Origin: Octopus sinensis
Taxonomy: Eukaryota
Length of the DNA: 11,574 bases
Assembly: GCF_006345805.1 (NCBI RefSeq)
Contig: NW_021826943.1
Coordinates: 1-11,574 of the forward strand
Direction of reading: 5' to 3'
A model generated the notes under the pieces. That model searched no databases. It was not told the origin of the DNA and was given only the letters and a program-made list of their open reading frames with translations. Position numbers and translations under genes: made by a program. This document shows, piece by piece, positions 8,113 to 11,574 of this stretch; positions within the stretch are counted from its first letter, which is position 1, and each line of letters opens with the position of its first letter.

Positions 8113-8175
8113 GGACCACTGATGAGGTCACAGAAGTGTGACGAAATAACTTTGGCCGAAATAAGATTAAGGTTA
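8113..8175 (+). ncRNA. Degenerate hammerhead-like motif
   Basis: Canonical CTGATGA (8119-25), hairpin GTCACA-GAAG-TGTGAC (8127-42) and GAAA (8143-46). Stems I and III are defective. Confidence 0.35.
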
Positions 8176-8274
8176 ATGTAAAATAAATAAATACGTTGAA
8201 GCAAAGTAACACCAAATATATAGTGCGTGTGTTTTATTTGGCTAAACAGGCAACATGACCATCCCTAAATACAC

Positions 8275-8280
8275 ATATAT

Positions 8281-8325
<45 letters not shown>
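8275..8325. repeat. (TA)n microsatellite
   Basis: Directly visible. Confidence 0.9.
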
Positions 8326-8330
<5 letters not shown>

Positions 8331-8407
8331 AAGCTCCAGGGATCAAAGTGTAGGAATTAGTGAGCTTCAAGCAATCCGTAGAAGATATGAAAAACAACTT
8401 TCAGGAA

Positions 8408-8485
8408 CTGCATGTATGTATGTATGTATGTATGTATGTATGTATGTATGTATGTATGTATGCATGTATGTATGTATGTATGTAT
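8408..8485. repeat. (TATG)n microsatellite
   Basis: Directly visible. Confidence 0.95.
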
Positions 8486-8817
8486 AGGGTTAGGCATAGA
8501 TATACATATGTGCAATCGTTGGCTGTTATTTCTTTTACAAAAATCCAATGGCTAGATTGTTGAATCTGTAACTGTTAGAGCTACCAAATGTAACCCGTAA
8601 TTTGCCAAAATGACAGTCTGGATAAGCTAGGATACTCAGAAAATGAAATCAGTCGGTTAACAAGTATATTAATACATTCTGTAAGCAGAACAGTAAAAAT
8701 ATTCAAAGATTTTCAGAAGTTGAAATGAGACATTGTTTTTGCTATCTACTCTTCCAGGATCGAGCTTTGTGTCTTAGAAACTTGCTTCTCCCTTACAGGA
8801 AGAATTTTAAATATTAA

Positions 8818-8893
8818 ACACACACACACACAGACACAGACACAGACACACATACACGCACACACACACACACACACACACGCACACACACAC
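8818..8893. repeat. (CA)n microsatellite, interrupted
   Basis: Directly visible. Confidence 0.9.
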
Positions 8894-9038
8894 ATTCACG
8901 TGTAATTATGTATGCATACATAAAAAATCACTCCACTCCATATCATTGATGCTCAAAGCAAACATTTCAAACCCTATAAACATTGGTGTTCCTATGGCCC
9001 ATAACATTTTACATGTGTATGTATATCTTTATATTGTA

Positions 9039-9040
<2 letters not shown>

Positions 9041-9110
<70 letters not shown>

Positions 9111-9143
9111 TATTATATATATATATATAATATATATATATCT

Positions 9144-9174
<31 letters not shown>

Positions 9175-9197
9175 TATATATAAATATATATATATCT

Positions 9198-9228
<31 letters not shown>

Positions 9229-9280
9229 TATATTATATTACATATTATATGTGTGTATATATTATATATATATATGTATG
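9041..9280. repeat. (CT)n-(TA)n-(TATATC)n compound microsatellite
   Basis: Directly visible. Confidence 0.9.
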
Positions 9281-9382
9281 TATTTTTTTTTTTGTTAAAT
9301 CCAAACGGGAAAACAAAAACACAACAATGGGAACAATTACAGTATTATTATTAATAGGCACTCAGGAAATGGAAGCAGGAGG

Positions 9383-9422
9383 GTATGACGTTTCGAGCGG
9401 AGCTCTGCGCTTCGTCGGAAAC
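9383..9422 (-). ncRNA. Decayed or variant minimal type I hammerhead motif
   Basis: Minus strand GTTT-CCGACGA-AGCGCA-GAGC-TCC-GCTC-GAAA-CGTC-ATAC. Palindromic ACGT stem III and GUC site are present. Defects: U4>C change, 6-nt bulge after A9, one mismatch in stem I. Confidence 0.5.
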
Positions 9423-9858
9423 ATAAAGAAGGAAGAGAGAGGAAAGAAAGATCCCAAAGCGGGCAACAGGGATAGAGAAAAAAACGACTGGTGTTTACGA
9501 GTTACACATGGTGAAAAGGCGGAAGTTTACGATAACAAGAGCAAAGTAGGTTTTTAAGCCAAAAGAGTGGAGACAAGGGTTTGGTAACGCAACAGATGTG
9601 TGTATGTGTGAGTGTGTGCGTGTGCGTGTGTGTATGTGTGTGTGTGAGGCGAGATAAAAAACAAAAATATATTTATGTGTTAGTGTGTGCGTCTGTGTGT
9701 AGGCGTGTGAGGTAGGGCGAGACAGTGGTAGGCATAGCAGACAATGGTCAGTAGTAAGAAAAGAAGGAAGGAGGAAGGGAGGGAGGGGAAGGGGTGGGGC
9801 GTATGTAGCGTGCCAGCGTGTGTTGAGTAGTAGTGGTGTGTGTGTCCAATATATATTA

Positions 9859-9894
<36 letters not shown>

Positions 9895-9968
9895 TAATCC
9901 AAACAAGAAAACACAGAAAAAAAGGGAAAAAAAAGAGAAAAAAACACAGCAACGCAGGACGTGGAACA

Positions 9969-9999
<31 letters not shown>

Positions 10000-10330
10000 C
10001 TAAATTAAGTACCATATTCATTTGAATCTAAATTGTTGCTGATCTTATATATATATATATATACATACACACACACACATATATATATATATATATGCAA
10101 TTATACACACACGCACACACACACTATATGCGTATCTACGTGTTTGCATTTGTCTCTCTATTATTAGCGATCCAAAGGATAGTAGAAGTTATTGTATAAC
10201 AGAATTATAAAGTTCTAAGGGAAATAACTCATAGTTAATGATATTTTTCTGGTGTTGGGGAGATAAGCAGTTCATAAAAACATTTTTCTGGGTAGAATCA
10301 CAGTTTGGTGACGAATTGTCAGAATCATCA

Positions 10331-10938
10331 CAGGACTGGGTTGCGAAATTTTTTCCCACGAAAGTTCCGGACCCCAGTAATGAACTCATTTAGATACAGC
10401 CAATCAGGACTCACCTTTAAAATCCACGTACTATGTACTACTAACAGTATAGCTAGTCAGGCATACAATGGTGTATGCCACTCTGTGAGTACAGCACAGC
10501 CGGTCTCACATTCCCCGCCACCATCCTCATAGATCAATTGAGCACCATCTCTATATGGAGTTAACATTAGGTACTTATACTCAGATTGAGAATAGTGATA
10601 CTGCATGTACCCATTGATATATGCAAGGAGGGCGCAATACAACACAACACCATATTACTCTTTTACTCTCACTATTTTACTTGTATCAGTCATTTGACTG
10701 TGGCCATGCTGGAACACCGCCTTTAGTCGAGCAAATCGACCCCAGGACTTATTCTTTGTAAGCCTAGTACATATTCTATCGGTCTCTTTTGCCGAACCGC
10801 TAGGTTACGGGGATGTAAACACTCCAGCATCTGTTGTCAAGCGATGTTGGAGGGACAAGCACAGACACACAAACATATATACACACACACAGACACAGAC
10901 ACACACACACAAACACACATACACAATCACACACACAC

Positions 10939-10975
<37 letters not shown>

Positions 10976-11407
10976 ATATATATATACATATATACGACGG
11001 GCGTCTTTCAGTTTCCGTCTATCAAATCCACTCACAAGACTTTGCACGGCCCGAGGCTATAGTAGAAGACACTTGCCCAAGGTACCACTTAGTGGGACTG
11101 AACCCGGAACCATATGGTTCGTAAGCAAGCTACTTACCATACAGCAAATTGGTAACACTTATGGCATCATCTGTGAGCAGCTCTCCATTCAATTTATACG
11201 CTAAACTTCACATTTGTCACCCCTATTAACCCCTTTAGGACAGTTAGATTTTGCTATGACGCACATTTGCTATTGAACCCAACCAGAGTATTTTCGTAAC
11301 TAGGTGGACATCAGTCTGATAGTTGAGCTCTGATTGGCTGTATGCGAATGATTTCACAACTGGGATCCGGAACTATCGTGGGAAAAAAATTTCGCGGCCG
11401 GGCTTCG
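10331..11407. mobile_element. Putative DNA transposon relic bounded by ~75-85 bp inverted repeats, containing a SINE
   Basis: 10343-10416 and 11321-11395 are inverted copies with about 12 differences over about 75 nt. Outer ends align loosely (CAGGACTGGGTTGCG / CGAAGCCCGGCCGCG). No TSD found. Confidence 0.45.
10655..11145 (-). mobile_element. Near full-length CORE-type SINE (family of 4501-4927), lacking ~13 nt of 5' end, expanded (CA)n linker
   Basis: Colinear with 4501-4927 on both sides of the linker. B-box-like GGGTTCAGTCCC and CTTGGGCAAGTGTC on the minus strand. Confidence 0.9.
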
Positions 11408-11574
11408 TTGTATTTAATAATGAGTTCAAATTTCGTCGATGTCAACCATATGTTGTTTTCTTTTCATTTTCCATTTGTGCTCGATTAAACAATGTATCGA
11501 ATTGTAGTTGTTTAAATTTAGCTTCAGGACAACGGCGAAATCGATGGCAAAATAGAGTTTCATGTCACTACCAT

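Noticed and set aside
8735-8800. Two polypyrimidine+CAG acceptor-like sites (8756-57, 8797-98)
   Set aside because: No downstream donor or open frame; it runs into (CA)n.
8946-10025. 203-aa and 113-aa ORFs
   Set aside because: Dominated by (TA)n and (CT)n translation (IYIY, SLSL); no recognisable domain.
10460-10479. GGCATACA-ATGG-TGTATGCC hairpin
   Set aside because: Isolated 8-bp stem with no CTAG end or ribozyme core nearby.
11226-11245. TTAA|CCCC as a second piggyBac terminus
   Set aside because: No matching opposite end, and little similarity to the 6253 terminus beyond CCC(C)TT.
11422-11500. Very degraded SINE fragment (GAGTTCAAATTTCGTCGATGTCAAC...)
   Set aside because: Resembles the B-box region of the 1473 family, but too diverged to support as a feature.

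Overview
AT-rich, microsatellite-dense eukaryotic non-coding DNA with no intact host gene. The tRNA-derived SINE families resemble those I recall from octopus genomes (inference from memory, not a database search). The window is a layered transposon graveyard: several SINE copies, two MITEs, the 3' tail of an RTE LINE, a decayed piggyBac (about 6253-7950, minus strand) precisely interrupted by a 541-bp non-autonomous Helitron, a possible Chapaev3 remnant and a probable inverted-repeat DNA element. The most interesting signal is a set of hammerhead-ribozyme motifs. One is structurally complete: a minimal type I hammerhead at 4984-5025 with a compensatory U3-A8 core pair and palindromic stem III. 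Three are decayed (4342-4391, 8113-8175, 9383-9422 minus). Each lies about 100-165 nt upstream of a (TA)n tract, suggesting Penelope-like or retrozyme 3' modules. A near-perfect 116-bp spacerless palindrome follows the intact ribozyme. Most ORFs in the supplied track are microsatellite artefacts.
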